From positions 9,176,001 to 9,240,000 of the forward strand of contig JBHGNT010000014.1 in assembly GCA_043228905.1 (NCBI GenBank): a stretch of DNA of 64,000 nucleotides. The letters are read 5' to 3'. The position numbers were made by a program, and so were the translations under genes. Under the pieces are notes generated by a model that was given only the letters and a program-made list of their open reading frames with translations, ran no database searches and was not told the origin of the DNA. The DNA comes from Azolla caroliniana (lineage: Eukaryota > Plantae > Polypodiophyta). This document shows, piece after piece, positions 63,835-64,000 of the stretch (positions within the stretch are counted from its first letter, which is position 1; every line of letters begins with the position of its first letter).

Positions 63835-64000
63835 GGGATTGACCACAGTGGTTAAAGTAACCACAGTCACTTTAACCAAGGTTGGCAACCTTAATGTTAG
63901 TTAGTTAGTAACCACAATCACTTTAACCAAAGTTACTTTATTTAGTACCTAATCTTGAGTGTACCAATCACTCTCTTTCATGGATTTGAAATAAATGATG

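Larger units (their letters stand above)
57869..64000 (-). mobile_element. Putative large DNA element carrying the ParB-methyltransferase gene; other end outside the window
   Basis: Copia coding sequence stops abruptly at 57868; a GC-rich end with a 10-bp-stem hairpin follows, then AT-rich sequence, internal repeats and a decayed gene; no transposase seen. Confidence 0.5.

Overview
Eukaryotic, repeat-dominated DNA, most likely from a land plant; a fern or other non-seed plant is inferred from the element types. About 80% is nested retroelements: several Ty1/copia copies from two families (one nearly intact with ~99% identical LTRs), a chromodomain Ty3/gypsy element, two non-chromovirus Ty3/gypsy elements with accessory coiled-coil ORFs, solo LTRs and an APE/RT LINE. 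One apparently intact host gene is present, a 2-exon fatty-acid-hydroxylase/sterol-desaturase family gene, plus a degraded partial duplicate. Two things stand out. (1) At 58954-63692 (-) is a spliced, now pseudogenised gene encoding a ParB-like domain fused to a complete prokaryote-type beta-class N6A/N4C DNA methyltransferase. Its first intron holds a phased array of palindromes, and it seems to be carried on a DNA element inserted into a copia. (2) Both non-chromovirus gypsy elements lack a polypurine tract and instead carry a sense copy of the primer-tRNA 3' end (an inverted PBS within a tRNA-like structure) 2 nt before the 3' LTR. All calls are from manual reading; no searches were run.
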